Assembly (NCBI GenBank): GCA_003213595.1
Contig: QCMR01000003.1
Span: forward strand, 7,346 to 71,345
Origin: SAR86 cluster bacterium AG-422-E19
GTDB taxonomy: Bacteria > Pseudomonadota > Gammaproteobacteria > Magnimaribacterales > AG-339-G14
Length of the DNA stretch: 64,000 nucleotides
Reading direction: 5' to 3'
Both the position numbers and the translations under genes were made by a program. Shown in pieces: positions 28,928-38,944 of this stretch. Below the pieces are notes generated by a model, which worked only from the letters and a program-made list of their open reading frames with translations, made no database searches and was not told the DNA's origin. Every line of letters begins with the position of its first letter. Within the stretch, counting starts at the first letter, position 1.

Positions 28928-30398
28928 TTTTTTTATTAAATTTTACAGATTCAACTTTAAGTCCACCCATGATTTCATTGAAGTTTTTATCTTTTTCCAT
29001 GGTTTTTTTAATATTTTTTCTAATTCCTTTATCTTTATTTTTTTTCTCATATTCCGGGGTAAGTTTTGAATCAACTTCATCGTCATAGCTAAAAACCAAT
29101 TCCATTTTTAGATAATCTTCAAAGCTTTTTTCAATATCTTTTTTTTGATCTTCATTAAGTATAGAAAGAACGTTTTTTGGAAAAGATAGTTTTAAATTAT
29201 TTTCTTGTTGAATAACACTTGCTTGCTTAAGTAGATTTTTCGATATGCCATTTAGATTTAAATCAGAGAATATTCCTGGCCAGAGTATTTCAGAGTTATC
29301 TTGTTTTTTAATTTTTAAAGAATTTTTTTTTTGATTTTCAGGAGAAAAGGCAATCATTTTTAATAAAGTCATTTTCAGTATTGAAAACGAATCGTAGCCC
29401 AAACTAAAGTGCTTTAAATTGGAAAGTCCTAACTGATAAAGGAACTGCAGTTTAGCAGGGTCTGTTTTTAAAAAATCATTGATATTATTTTTGGATCCTT
29501 TTTTTTCAAACTGACTAATTGCAATGTCTTGTATTAAATCCATTAAAGATTTTAATAAAAATTCATGATCTTCGTATTCTCCATAATTTTCAAGAATTGA
29601 TATAGCCTCTGTTACATCTTCATCTAAAATTGATTTCAAAAGATTCTCAATAATTTCAGGTTCTGGAATTCCCAAAACACCTCTCACTTCTTTCTCTTTA
29701 AGGTTTCTATTGCAAAAGGATATTACTTTTTCAGATATAGATAGAGCATCTCTAATACTTCCTTGTGCAGCTTCGGCAATAAGCTTCAAAGAATTTTCAT
29801 CGTATTTTATTTTTTCTTTTGTAAAAATTTCTCCCAATTGATTTGAAATAACTTTTACAGAGACAGAACTTAAATTTATTTGGAGGCATCTAGAAATTAT
29901 TGTGGGCAAAATCTTTTTATATTCTGTGGTTGCAAACATAAATATGACATGGGGAGGCGGTTCTTCTAAGTTTTTCAGCAAAGCATTAAAACTTTCAGGA
30001 GTCAGCATATGTACTTCATCAATCAAATAGATTTTATACTTTGATGACGAAGGCAAATAAGAAATAGTTTCTAAAAGATTTTTAGTATCTTCAATACCTC
30101 TTCTGGATGCCGCGTCAATCTCAATAAAGTCAATTGCAGCTCCTTCATTTATTGATGTACATGATTCACAAGCATTACAAGGTTCTGTGTTATTAATTAA
30201 TTCAGAACAATTAAGTGCTTTGGCTAGGATTCTGGCAATAGATGTTTTTCCGATACCTCGGGTACCTGTAAATAAATATGCGTGGTGAATGTTTTTTGAA
30301 GAAACGGAATTTTTTAAAGCTGCAACAGCATGATCTTGACCAACAACTTCTGAAAAATTGGATGGTCTCCATTTTCTTGCCAATACTAAATAACTCAT
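28917..30398 (-). CDS. dnaX: DNA polymerase III subunit tau/gamma (short, 493 aa)
   Basis: Walker A GTRGIGKTS, zinc module CNACESCTSIN, Walker B DEVHML, and SRC (ISRCLQ). Confidence 0.95.
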   Translation of the reverse strand: MSYLVLARKWRPSNFSEVVGQDHAVAALKNSVSSKNIHHAYLFTGTRGIGKTSIARILAKALNCSELINNTEPCNACESCTSINEGAAIDFIEIDAASRRGIEDTKNLLETISYLPSSSKYKIYLIDEVHMLTPESFNALLKNLEEPPPHVIFMFATTEYKKILPTIISRCLQINLSSVSVKVISNQLGEIFTKEKIKYDENSLKLIAEAAQGSIRDALSISEKVISFCNRNLKEKEVRGVLGIPEPEIIENLLKSILDEDVTEAISILENYGEYEDHEFLLKSLMDLIQDIAISQFEKKGSKNNINDFLKTDPAKLQFLYQLGLSNLKHFSLGYDSFSILKMTLLKMIAFSPENQKKNSLKIKKQDNSEILWPGIFSDLNLNGISKNLLKQASVIQQENNLKLSFPKNVLSILNEDQKKDIEKSFEDYLKMELVFSYDDEVDSKLTPEYEKKNKDKGIRKNIKKTMEKDKNFNEIMGGLKVESVKFNKKNET

Positions 30399-30853
30399 TA
30401 TTTAAATAATTTGTTTATTTGATCAAATTCAAAACCTCTTTGTAAAAGAAATTTTTTTGCACGGGAAATATCTTCTTCAGCAAAATCGTTATCAACTATA
30501 AATTTTTTTCTAAACTCTTTTTTAATAATCTCCATCCAGTTTATTTCATCAGAATACACTATCTTGCTTATGAGGTTTTCACTTATTCCTCTGGATTTGA
30601 GCTCGTAAGAAATTTTTTCAGGACCAAAACCTTTTACACTTCTTGACCGTGTATAGGATTCAGCAAATCTCTCATCTGACTGCAGATTTTCTTCTTTTAG
30701 CCGTGTTAACTCTTCAAAAAGCTTTTTTTCTGAATCTACCCTATCCTTTAATTTATTGATTAATTCTTTAAAGGAATGTTCTCTCCTGGATAAAAGATCT
30801 AGTATCTTAAATCTAATCTTATCTTCTGTGATAAATGTTTTTTTAAATCCCAA
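30398..30853 (-). CDS. recX: RecA regulator RecX
   Basis: 151 aa with a RecX-type helical repeat pattern (LSRREHSFKEL..., RSVKGFGPEKISYELKSRGI). Not adjacent to recA in this window. Confidence 0.75.
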   Translation of the reverse strand: MGFKKTFITEDKIRFKILDLLSRREHSFKELINKLKDRVDSEKKLFEELTRLKEENLQSDERFAESYTRSRSVKGFGPEKISYELKSRGISENLISKIVYSDEINWMEIIKKEFRKKFIVDNDFAEEDISRAKKFLLQRGFEFDQINKLFK

Positions 30854-32126
30854 GCGCCTTATAAACCAATTTTTCTACCTTATTATTTATCCTTGGACTT
30901 CCCAAAACCTGTGACATGTTCACAAAAACCAAATCATTTTCAGGATCTACCCAAAACAAAGTTCTAGCAGCACCTCCCCAAAAATATGAATTATCTCCTC
31001 TTTTCATTCTCATTTTTTTTGAATTTAGAGCAACTCCAACAGTAACTCCAAAACCAAAAGCATCGAACTTATACGGTTTAGCTTTTTTTTCTACTTGATT
31101 TGAAGTCATTATTTCTACAGTTTCTGGATTTAAAATCCTCTTTCCATTAAAAGAACCTTTGTTCAAAAGCATTGTTGCGAATTTGAGATAATCATTGGCA
31201 GTAGATACTAATCCAGATCCGCCGTCTTCTATGGAGGCACCCTGAAAAAAGAAACTATCTTCTTTGGGATCAAGAAGTATTAATTTATTTTTTTGGCTTG
31301 CTATTGAATCTGGAACATCTACGCCATATTCTTTAAAACCTTTTTTGTGAGCATATAAATCAATCATCCTAGCTTGCTTAGAACCAGGAACTTCAAAAAA
31401 TGTATCCTTCATTTCTAAAGGGTCAAAAATATTTTTCTTAAGAAAATCTCCAAAAGATTGATTGGATGCCCTTTCAATAATACATCCCAGAATATCCATG
31501 CCTATAGAATAAGTCCATTTTTCTCCTGGTTGATGAACCAGAGGTAATGTAGCGACTTTCTCAGAAAAAGCACAAATATCTGGGTAACTTTTTTTGGCAG
31601 GTCTTTCTAACGAAACGTTATCCAAAAAGTAATAGGGATAAATTTTTTCCTGGTCATAAATTTCTTTTATTCTTCCTTTATCAATGAATGAGTAAGTTAA
31701 ACCAGAAGAATGTGTTGCTAAATCCAACAAAGTTATAGATCTGTCTAGATTTTCTAATTGTTTGGTTTTTTTATTAAAAACTTTAGTATTTTTGAACTCA
31801 GGGATATATTTCTCTACAGGGTCTGAAAGTGATACTTTTCCTTGTTCAACTAAAACCATCAATGCAGCGCCAGTTATGGGCTTTGTCATGGAGTAAATTC
31901 TAAAAAGAGAATCTTCATTCAAAGGAACTTGTTCTTCAATATCAGAAAAACCTCTCGTGTCAGAAAAAATAATTTCTCCATTTTGATAAATTAAAGTTAC
32001 AAATCCAGGATAGTTGCCTTTATTTATCTGTTTATTTAAATATTTGGTGTATCCGGAGAAGTCATAATCCGCGGAAAAACTAAAAATTGATAAAAATAAA
32101 AGACTTAAGTAAAAATATTTTTTCAA
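30843..32126 (-). CDS. Serine hydrolase, beta-lactamase/esterase (class C-like) family
   Basis: Signal peptide and the SxxK nucleophile motif YSMTKPITG. Confidence 0.8.
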   Translation of the reverse strand: MKKYFYLSLLFLSIFSFSADYDFSGYTKYLNKQINKGNYPGFVTLIYQNGEIIFSDTRGFSDIEEQVPLNEDSLFRIYSMTKPITGAALMVLVEQGKVSLSDPVEKYIPEFKNTKVFNKKTKQLENLDRSITLLDLATHSSGLTYSFIDKGRIKEIYDQEKIYPYYFLDNVSLERPAKKSYPDICAFSEKVATLPLVHQPGEKWTYSIGMDILGCIIERASNQSFGDFLKKNIFDPLEMKDTFFEVPGSKQARMIDLYAHKKGFKEYGVDVPDSIASQKNKLILLDPKEDSFFFQGASIEDGGSGLVSTANDYLKFATMLLNKGSFNGKRILNPETVEIMTSNQVEKKAKPYKFDAFGFGVTVGVALNSKKMRMKRGDNSYFWGGAARTLFWVDPENDLVFVNMSQVLGSPRINNKVEKLVYKALGI

Positions 32127-32139
32127 AGTTGGCCCTCAG

Positions 32140-32859
32140 TTAATCGATGGTGTAAGTATTAAATAATAAACTATTTGCGGAGTAATTTTCATATTCTTCA
32201 CAAGCATTATCCATTCCATTTTTCTTAATAAGATTAAGATCATTCATGACAAAATTTGTTTCTAAGTAAATCAAAAAATTAAAATCTATCATGTTGAAAT
32301 CAGGAGTAAGAATCACTTGATTATAGGGTTTATCCAAAAAAATAGAATTTTTCCTTATCTCAGATATTAAGTAATCCAAATCGAATCCATCTTTTAGTTG
32401 GCAAAATCCTACATAAGTCTGATCACCATCTAAAAAATCATAATTATTCGTAATTTCAGTTTCATAAAATGTCTGTTTTTGAGTATCACAGATAATTATT
32501 TCATCTTTGCTACTCAACCAATTTTTGTGAATTTCAGAGTTTTCTGCAAACTCATAAAACGCTTTCTTTTCCAATTCATTTTCAAAAATATCTAACCAAG
32601 AAAAATCATATTTTTTTTGCTTAAAAGATGGATCCAAGTATTTAGTTTCTTTGTAAAGTCCATGTTTATCCTTGAGATTTTTTAAAAATCCTAAATAAGA
32701 TATTAATTCATTATTTAGATCTTGAGCTTTAAAACCATCCTTATAGCTACACCAGGAAAATTCATAAATTTTTTTGTCTTGCATTGAAATACTTTCATTG
32801 TGTTGAGAACAGCCAGAAAGGATTAATAAAAACAAACAAAAAACTACTATCGACTTCAT
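32140..32859 (-). CDS. Hypothetical lipoprotein with an internal two-module duplication
   Basis: Lipobox LILSGCS. Repeated blocks are YEFSWCSYKDGFKAQDL..LISYL and YVGFCQLKDGFDLDYLISEI. Confidence 0.6.
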   Translation of the reverse strand: MKSIVVFCLFLLILSGCSQHNESISMQDKKIYEFSWCSYKDGFKAQDLNNELISYLGFLKNLKDKHGLYKETKYLDPSFKQKKYDFSWLDIFENELEKKAFYEFAENSEIHKNWLSSKDEIIICDTQKQTFYETEITNNYDFLDGDQTYVGFCQLKDGFDLDYLISEIRKNSIFLDKPYNQVILTPDFNMIDFNFLIYLETNFVMNDLNLIKKNGMDNACEEYENYSANSLLFNTYTID

Positions 32860-33689
32860 GAAATATTTAGAGAAAAATCTATAGATTCAATATTTTTTGT
32901 AAGATCTCCTAGTGAAATATAATGGATAGGAAGGTCTTTATATTTTTTAATGTCCTCGGGCTTCTTTATTCCTGAAACTTCAATCAAACATTTATTGTCA
33001 ATTAGAGAAATTGCTTTTTTTATTTCACTAAGATTTAAATTATCCAGTAATAAAATATCCGGTTTGCTCTTCAATGCTGCTTTAATTTGAGAAAGCTTTT
33101 CGATCTCAATCTCTAAAAAATCACCCTTTTTTAAAAATTTGATGTTTTTTATTTTACTAATACCGCCAAAAGCTTTTAGGTGATTATCTTTAATCATAAT
33201 TGCATCAAAAAGGCCGAATCTATGATTTTTTGCTCCTCCAACAAAGGTTGAATACTTTTGTTCGTATCTAAGTCCGGGAAGAGTCTTTCTGGTATCTAAT
33301 AATTCTATATTGCTGTTTTTAAGGAGTTTTGAATATTTATTTGTTTTGGTAGATATTCCAGACATCATTTGTAAAAAATTTAAAGCTGTTCTCTCTCCGG
33401 AAAGAATTGATTGTGAGCTAGCGTTTATTTCGGCAATTTTATTATCTTTTTTAAAAGCCTCTCCTTCAGTTACGCTCCATTTTATTTTTGCTTTCTTATC
33501 AATTTGCTTGAAGGATTCTTCGAACCATAGACTACCGCTTAAAATTCCATTTTCCCTAGATATGAGGGACGCTTTAAAAATATTCTTTGGATTGATGTTT
33601 TTTGCTTTTAAAGAAAGATCGCTTTTATAGCCATCTTCAAGTAAAGCTCTCTTTACACTTTCACTGACTTTGCTTTTTTTTAATTTCAA
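32856..33689 (-). CDS. nadC: Nicotinate-nucleotide diphosphorylase (quinolinate phosphoribosyltransferase)
   Basis: LDTRKTLPGLRYEQKYSTFVGGAKNHRFGLFDAIMIKDNH. Confidence 0.9.
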   Translation of the reverse strand: MKLKKSKVSESVKRALLEDGYKSDLSLKAKNINPKNIFKASLISRENGILSGSLWFEESFKQIDKKAKIKWSVTEGEAFKKDNKIAEINASSQSILSGERTALNFLQMMSGISTKTNKYSKLLKNSNIELLDTRKTLPGLRYEQKYSTFVGGAKNHRFGLFDAIMIKDNHLKAFGGISKIKNIKFLKKGDFLEIEIEKLSQIKAALKSKPDILLLDNLNLSEIKKAISLIDNKCLIEVSGIKKPEDIKKYKDLPIHYISLGDLTKNIESIDFSLNIS

Positions 33690-33690
33690 T

Positions 33691-34728
33691 TTATTTAAAG
33701 TTGACCATGCGATTAAGAGAAATCTGGGCTTTTTTTACAATTTCGTTATCTACATTAATTTCGTCTCCTTGGTCGGAGACTGCATCTAATAAATTTTCTA
33801 GAGAGTTCATACCCATCCAAGGACACCTTGAACAACTATTACATGTAGCGCCATCTCCTGCGGTTGGAGCTTCAAAAAATTCTTTATCTGGATTATTTTT
33901 CATTAGTTGATAAAAAATTCCTTTGTCCGTCGCGACTATAAATTTCCTCGAAGACGAATTGTTAGCATAGTCTATTATTTGTGATGTTGAGCCAACACAA
34001 TCTGCTAAATCTATCACGTCATGAGGTGATTCTGGATGAACCAAAACCTCTGCATCTTGGTGCAGTTTCATAAGAGATTTAAGACCTTCATATTTGAATT
34101 CTTCATGAACAACGCAAGCTCCATCCCATAAAATCATATCGGCTTTGGTTTTTTGTTGAATATATCTTCCTAAATGTTTATCTGGACCCCAAATAATTTT
34201 TTTTCCTTCAGAATCGAGATAATCGACGACATCTAAAGCAATGCTAGAAGTAACTACCCAATCTGAAATAGCTTTAACTTCAGCTGAGGTATTTGCATAA
34301 ACGACTATTTCTCTATCAGGAAAGTCTTCACAAAATTTCTTAAACTCATTAGCAGGACATCCCAAGTCTAAGGAGCAAGTTGCCTCTAAGGTAGGCATGT
34401 AAACTTTTTTTTCTGGACTTAAAATTTTAGCGGTCTCTCCCATAAACTTTACACCTGAGACTACCAGAGTATTTGATTTGGATTCTTTTCCAAACTTAGC
34501 CATTTGCAAAGAATCAGAAACACATCCGTTGAGTTCTTCGGTAATTTTTTGAATTTTTGTATCTGTGTAGTAGTGAGAAATAAGAGATATATTATTCTCT
34601 AAGACTTTATCTTTAATTTTTTTTACTAATTCAAGTTCTTCTGGAGTAATTTTATCTTCGGCATAAAGCTTTCTTTTATGCGAAGCCAATAAATTCTCAG
34701 GAACTAGTTCAATAGAAGAAGATTTCAT
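33691..34728 (-). CDS. nadA: Quinolinate synthase
   Basis: ISHYYTD, conserved Cys-containing blocks, and VHPESP. I start it at Met15 (ATG 34728). The track start at 34770 would overlap the divergent yqgE-like ORF. Confidence 0.9.
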   Translation of the reverse strand: MKSSSIELVPENLLASHKRKLYAEDKITPEELELVKKIKDKVLENNISLISHYYTDTKIQKITEELNGCVSDSLQMAKFGKESKSNTLVVSGVKFMGETAKILSPEKKVYMPTLEATCSLDLGCPANEFKKFCEDFPDREIVVYANTSAEVKAISDWVVTSSIALDVVDYLDSEGKKIIWGPDKHLGRYIQQKTKADMILWDGACVVHEEFKYEGLKSLMKLHQDAEVLVHPESPHDVIDLADCVGSTSQIIDYANNSSSRKFIVATDKGIFYQLMKNNPDKEFFEAPTAGDGATCNSCSRCPWMGMNSLENLLDAVSDQGDEINVDNEIVKKAQISLNRMVNFK

Positions 34729-34738
34729 AAGTTTTAAA

Positions 34739-34776
34739 AATATATTGTGAATTCTAATGAATATAAGCAATATATT
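34739..34776. promoter_or_regulatory. Candidate operator: 9-bp inverted repeat in the nadA / yqgE divergent spacer
   Basis: AATATATTG (34739-34747) and CAATATATT (34768-34776) are exact reverse complements 20 nt apart, 11-48 nt upstream of the nadA ATG. The region is AT-rich, so significance is modest. Confidence 0.25.
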
Positions 34777-34785
34777 GAAATAATA

Positions 34786-35343
34786 ATGATTACTGAACTA
34801 GAAAATAGTTTCTTATATTTTTGTCAAACTGATGAAGAAGAAAACTATTTCAAAAATGCTCTAATTTACTTATGTAAAAATGATAAAGAAGGTTCGTTTG
34901 GAATTATTATAAATAAGAAGGTAAAAATTAAATTAAAAGATTTTGCCCTACAACCCGACAAAGAGCTAGAAGCTATTCTGAATGACGATAAAGTATTTTT
35001 AGGAGGTCCTGTTACCCCTTTTTCACCATTTGTTCTTCACAGTTTAGAAAAAAAATATGATGAAACTCATGCAATTACTTCTGAAATTGGAGTTTCATCA
35101 AAACCAGATATAATCCAATCAATTCTTAATAAAAATTTTCCTGATAAATTTATAGTTTCATTTGGATATACAGGCTGGAGTTCTGGTCAACTTGAAAAAG
35201 AAATCCAACAAGGTTCTTGGGTAATAATTCCTGCTAATGAGCAAATAATCTTTTCAACTAAGAGTGATAAAAAGATTGAAGAGGCAAGTAAACTTGCAGG
35301 CTTTAATCTAAATTTAGTAAGTAGTAATTATGGCAAGGCTTAG
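34786..35343 (+). CDS. YqgE/AlgH-family protein (UPF0301)
   Basis: From Met14 the N-terminus MITELENSFLYF...ALIYLCKNDKEGSFGIIINK aligns with E. coli YqgE (MNLQHHFLIA...VVYICEHNTNGAMGIIVNK, from memory). The track start at 34747 is a GTG. Confidence 0.8.
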   Translation: MITELENSFLYFCQTDEEENYFKNALIYLCKNDKEGSFGIIINKKVKIKLKDFALQPDKELEAILNDDKVFLGGPVTPFSPFVLHSLEKKYDETHAITSEIGVSSKPDIIQSILNKNFPDKFIVSFGYTGWSSGQLEKEIQQGSWVIIPANEQIIFSTKSDKKIEEASKLAGFNLNLVSSNYGKA

Positions 35344-37342
35344 AAATTATTCAATACTGTTATTTCTATCGTTTATTCTTTTGAGCACTGAAGCTATATC
35401 AGAAAACAAGTATGTCGCCTCAAATTCGTCTTTCGAAGTAATCCCTGAAAGAAATGTTATTGCTAATGAAGGTGAAATTTTTTTAGTAGTAAGATTCAAT
35501 TTAGATAAAGATTGGCATACCTATTGGATCAATCCTGGAGATTCAGGAGATCCTGCATCTTTCAATTGGGACCTTCCTGAAGGATTTAATATTTCTGAGC
35601 CAATTTGGCCTACTCCAGAACTGATACCTTATCCTCCTCTAACTACTTTTGGTTATACAAATGAGTTAAAGCTTCTCTTCAAACTGTCTCTTCCAATGCA
35701 ATTTGATCCAATCAATAAATTTTCTGTGGTATCAAAATGGTTAGTTTGTGCAGATGTTTGTATACCTCAAGAAGGAAAAGTGAACTTTGTACTTTCCAAA
35801 GGAAGCACTAATGATTTTTCAATTCAAAACAATTTAATTAGCGAAGTTAGATCGAGTATTCCGAAAACGTTAAAGCAAAAAATAAGCTCTAAAATCGAAA
35901 GTGGAATACTTACCCTAAATCTTAGTGATATTAGTTCTGATATAAAAGATGCTTATTTCTTTCCCTTTGAGGAAAATGTAATTGATTACTCATTAAATCA
36001 AAAATTAGAAAAAAACTTTGACGAAATTAAGCTAAATATAAATCTTCTTGAAAGGAATAAAGCTGAAAATTTGTCAGGTGGTGTTTTAAAAACAAATATG
36101 GGTGATTATGAAATTGAATTAGCTTCTGATGTTATCGCTTCTGAATCAACTTTAAATCCAGAATTCATCTCTCTTTCAGCAGCAATTTTATTTTCTTTGA
36201 TTGGTGGTCTTTTACTAAATTTAATGCCATGCGTGTTTCCTGTAATCTCTTTGAAAATTCTAAATTTTATCAATCACTCTGAAAATAAAGCCCAAACTTC
36301 ATTACATGGTTTTGCTTTTTCGTCTGGATCAATCTTAATGTTCGTTTTAATTGGCCTTTCTGTAGTTCTTTTAAAAGGATTAGGCATGGATATTGGATGG
36401 GGATATCAACTCCAGTCACCTCTGGTTGTAAGTTTATTGATTTTCCTCTTCATTTTCTTAGCTGGATTCTTTTTATTGAATGTTAATTTCTTAAATTCTT
36501 TACTCAGTATAGGTTCCTCTGGAATTAGTACTCCTAGCTATATGAATTCTTTTGGTACAGGCTTTCTAGCAGTGATTGTTGCTACCCCTTGTACTGCTCC
36601 ATTTATGGGCTCTGCGCTAGGTTTTGCTATCCTCCAGCCAGGTTTTTCATCTTTTTTAATTTTTCTTTCTTTGGGCATTGGATTTGCTTTGCCATATATT
36701 CTTTTGTCAATTTTTCCGAGTATGCTGTCCTTACTTCCAAGGCCTGGAACTTGGATGGAAACTTTTAAGCAGTTTATGGCCTTTCCTATGATTCTTACTG
36801 CTTTGTGGTTGGTATGGGTCTTAAGTAGCCAGATTGATTCTTTTCAGCTTGTCTTAGTACTTTTAGGGATTTCTTTAATTGTATTTTTTTATTGGTTAAA
36901 CCAACTCAAAATATCTTCTAAGATAGGATTGCAATTTAGGAATGTTATTTACCTAGCAGTCTTAGTTTCCTTATTCTTTACGTTGCCAGTACAAAAAGCT
37001 TCTCTTCAGCAAGATAATAATATTTTTAGTGATGAAGAGTTGGCCAAGAGGTTAGCAAAAGGTCCGGTTTTTTTAAATTTTACAGCTGATTGGTGCATAA
37101 CTTGTAAAGTAAACGAAAGAGTTGCTCTAAAGACTGGTGAAACTCTAAAATTTTTTGAGAAAAAAAATATCTTTTACTTAGAGGCAGATTGGACAAATAA
37201 AAATGAATTAATTGCAAAAAAACTTGCTAGCTTCGGGAGATCAAGCATTCCGCTTTATATTTATTATCCTGATGAAAAAAGCGTACCGATTATTTTACCG
37301 GAAATCTTAACTGAATCGGTAATTCAAGATTACTTGAATTAA
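35330..37342 (+). CDS. DsbD/ScsB-like thiol:disulfide interchange protein
   Basis: Signal peptide, N-terminal DsbD-alpha-like domain (WHTYWINPGDSG, LVCADVCIPQ), CcdA-type TM core (LMPCVFPV, TPCTAPF), and a C-terminal thioredoxin domain with WCITC. Confidence 0.85.
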   Translation: MARLRNYSILLFLSFILLSTEAISENKYVASNSSFEVIPERNVIANEGEIFLVVRFNLDKDWHTYWINPGDSGDPASFNWDLPEGFNISEPIWPTPELIPYPPLTTFGYTNELKLLFKLSLPMQFDPINKFSVVSKWLVCADVCIPQEGKVNFVLSKGSTNDFSIQNNLISEVRSSIPKTLKQKISSKIESGILTLNLSDISSDIKDAYFFPFEENVIDYSLNQKLEKNFDEIKLNINLLERNKAENLSGGVLKTNMGDYEIELASDVIASESTLNPEFISLSAAILFSLIGGLLLNLMPCVFPVISLKILNFINHSENKAQTSLHGFAFSSGSILMFVLIGLSVVLLKGLGMDIGWGYQLQSPLVVSLLIFLFIFLAGFFLLNVNFLNSLLSIGSSGISTPSYMNSFGTGFLAVIVATPCTAPFMGSALGFAILQPGFSSFLIFLSLGIGFALPYILLSIFPSMLSLLPRPGTWMETFKQFMAFPMILTALWLVWVLSSQIDSFQLVLVLLGISLIVFFYWLNQLKISSKIGLQFRNVIYLAVLVSLFFTLPVQKASLQQDNNIFSDEELAKRLAKGPVFLNFTADWCITCKVNERVALKTGETLKFFEKKNIFYLEADWTNKNELIAKKLASFGRSSIPLYIYYPDEKSVPIILPEILTESVIQDYLN

Positions 37343-37343
37343 T

Positions 37344-37859
37344 TTAGGCAACTATATATTCCTGCCAATCGGTTTCTATTTTTTTTATTCCTATAGATTC
37401 TTGACCTTTTATTAGATCTCTCAGAGAAGGGGTTTTTACTTCTGGAGAAGGGTCAATTATTTTATCTGCCTTTGATAAATTACAAGATTTACAGCAGGTA
37501 GTTACATTTAACCAATTGGTTTCTCCGCCCTTACTTTTTGGAATTATATGATCAATAGTTAAATCTTTTTTTTCGAAAACATTTTTGCAGTATTGGCAAG
37601 TAAACATATCTCTTAAAAATACATTAGATCTCGAAAACTTAACTTTTTTTGAAAACTTGTAATACTTTCTTAACATGACAATACTCGGTACTTTGAAAGA
37701 TTGCGATGGCGATCTTACTTCCCAATTATCATGTTCTTTAATAACAATAACGTTTCTAGTAAATACTAATTTGACAGCAGTTTTCCAATCTACCGCCGAT
37801 AAAGGAAAATAACTCAGAGGTTTTCCGTTTCCATTAAGTATCAAACAATCGCTAGACAT
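37344..37859 (-). CDS. HNH endonuclease family protein
   Basis: CQYC...LTIDHIIPKSKGGETNWLNVTTCCKSCNLSK (HNH with two CxxC pairs). Confidence 0.8.
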   Translation of the reverse strand: MSSDCLILNGNGKPLSYFPLSAVDWKTAVKLVFTRNVIVIKEHDNWEVRSPSQSFKVPSIVMLRKYYKFSKKVKFSRSNVFLRDMFTCQYCKNVFEKKDLTIDHIIPKSKGGETNWLNVTTCCKSCNLSKADKIIDPSPEVKTPSLRDLIKGQESIGIKKIETDWQEYIVA

Positions 37860-37915
37860 GGATTAATCATACAAGAATTTTTAAGAATTATTAATTCCAT
37901 AAAATAAATAATTTA

Positions 37916-38941
37916 ATGCTAGAATGGCTCGCCATGGAGTTCCTAGGAAGCCACATTCTCTCCATAGATCAGTTTGAAAGAACTGACATAGAAAAAATAT
38001 TTACAACCTCTGATGCTCTAGTTCCTTACGCAAAAAGAGAAAGTATTACTCGTGTGCTTCAAGGTGCAATTCTTTCAAATATGTTTTTTGAACCCAGTAC
38101 AAGAACCAGAATAAGCTTTGGAAGTGCATTTAATATTTTAGGCGGAGAAGTTAGAGAGACTACAGGAATTGAAGCAACTTCACTGGCTAAAGGCGAATCT
38201 CTTTATGATACCTCAAGAGTTTTAAGTGGCTACAGCGACATAATTGTCATGCGTCATCATGAGGCGGGGTCAGTTGATGAATTTGCAGAAGCTTCACGGG
38301 TTCCTGTCATAAATGGAGGCGATGGTGACAATGAGCATCCTAGTCAGGCTTTATTGGACCTTTACACAATAAAAAAAGAGCTAGAATCAAAGAATAAATC
38401 AATTGATGGTTTGAGAATTGCTCTGATAGGTGATCTAAAATACGGAAGAGCTGTACATTCTTTATGCAAGGTTCTCTGCCTATATAAAGATGTAACCATA
38501 AACTTAATCTCTCCTAAAAAGTTAAAACTTCCATCCTCTATAAAAGAAACTTTTGAAGAATCGTCTGTAAGTTTTTTTGAAACAGATGACATCACAAAAG
38601 GTATTTCTGATGTGAATATTATTTATATGACTCGAATTCAAGAGGAAAGGTTTTCTAATAAATCTGAGTCTGGAAAGTACAAAGGACTCATGTCTTTAAA
38701 CCAAGAAATTTATACAAAAAACTGTGAACCCAATACCATTATCATGCATCCTCTTCCCCGCGATTCTCGTCCAGACGCAAACGAATTAGATCCTGATCTC
38801 AATCAAAATCCTAATCTGGCTATTTACAGACAAACCGACAATGGTCTTTTAATTAGAATGGCGCTTTTTTCTCTAGTCTTGGGAGTTCAAAACAAAATAG
38901 AAGAATCTACTGCCAATGTAGCTTGGTTTTCCAATAAATAA
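37916..38941 (+). CDS. pyrB: Aspartate carbamoyltransferase catalytic subunit
   Basis: FFEPSTRTR, the HPSQALLD-type block EHPSQALLDLYT, and HPLPR. The true start may be Met7 (37934). Confidence 0.95.
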   Translation: MLEWLAMEFLGSHILSIDQFERTDIEKIFTTSDALVPYAKRESITRVLQGAILSNMFFEPSTRTRISFGSAFNILGGEVRETTGIEATSLAKGESLYDTSRVLSGYSDIIVMRHHEAGSVDEFAEASRVPVINGGDGDNEHPSQALLDLYTIKKELESKNKSIDGLRIALIGDLKYGRAVHSLCKVLCLYKDVTINLISPKKLKLPSSIKETFEESSVSFFETDDITKGISDVNIIYMTRIQEERFSNKSESGKYKGLMSLNQEIYTKNCEPNTIIMHPLPRDSRPDANELDPDLNQNPNLAIYRQTDNGLLIRMALFSLVLGVQNKIEESTANVAWFSNK

Positions 38942-38944
38942 GTT

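Noticed and set aside
29139-29146. An A8 run in dnaX (T8 on the plus strand) as an E. coli-like -1 frameshift site producing gamma. The -1 frame terminates about 11 codons later.
   Set aside because: A-runs are common in this AT-rich genome. The site is at residue ~417 of 493, so the tau-specific part would be only ~75 aa. I saw no downstream stem-loop or upstream SD-like stimulator.
37344-37859. The stand-alone HNH endonuclease as part of a defence system, homing element or mobile element.
   Set aside because: I saw no partner genes (methylase, ATPase, RT, Cas), no flanking repeats and no intein or intron context. The N-terminal region plus HNH layout matches a widespread solitary conserved family.
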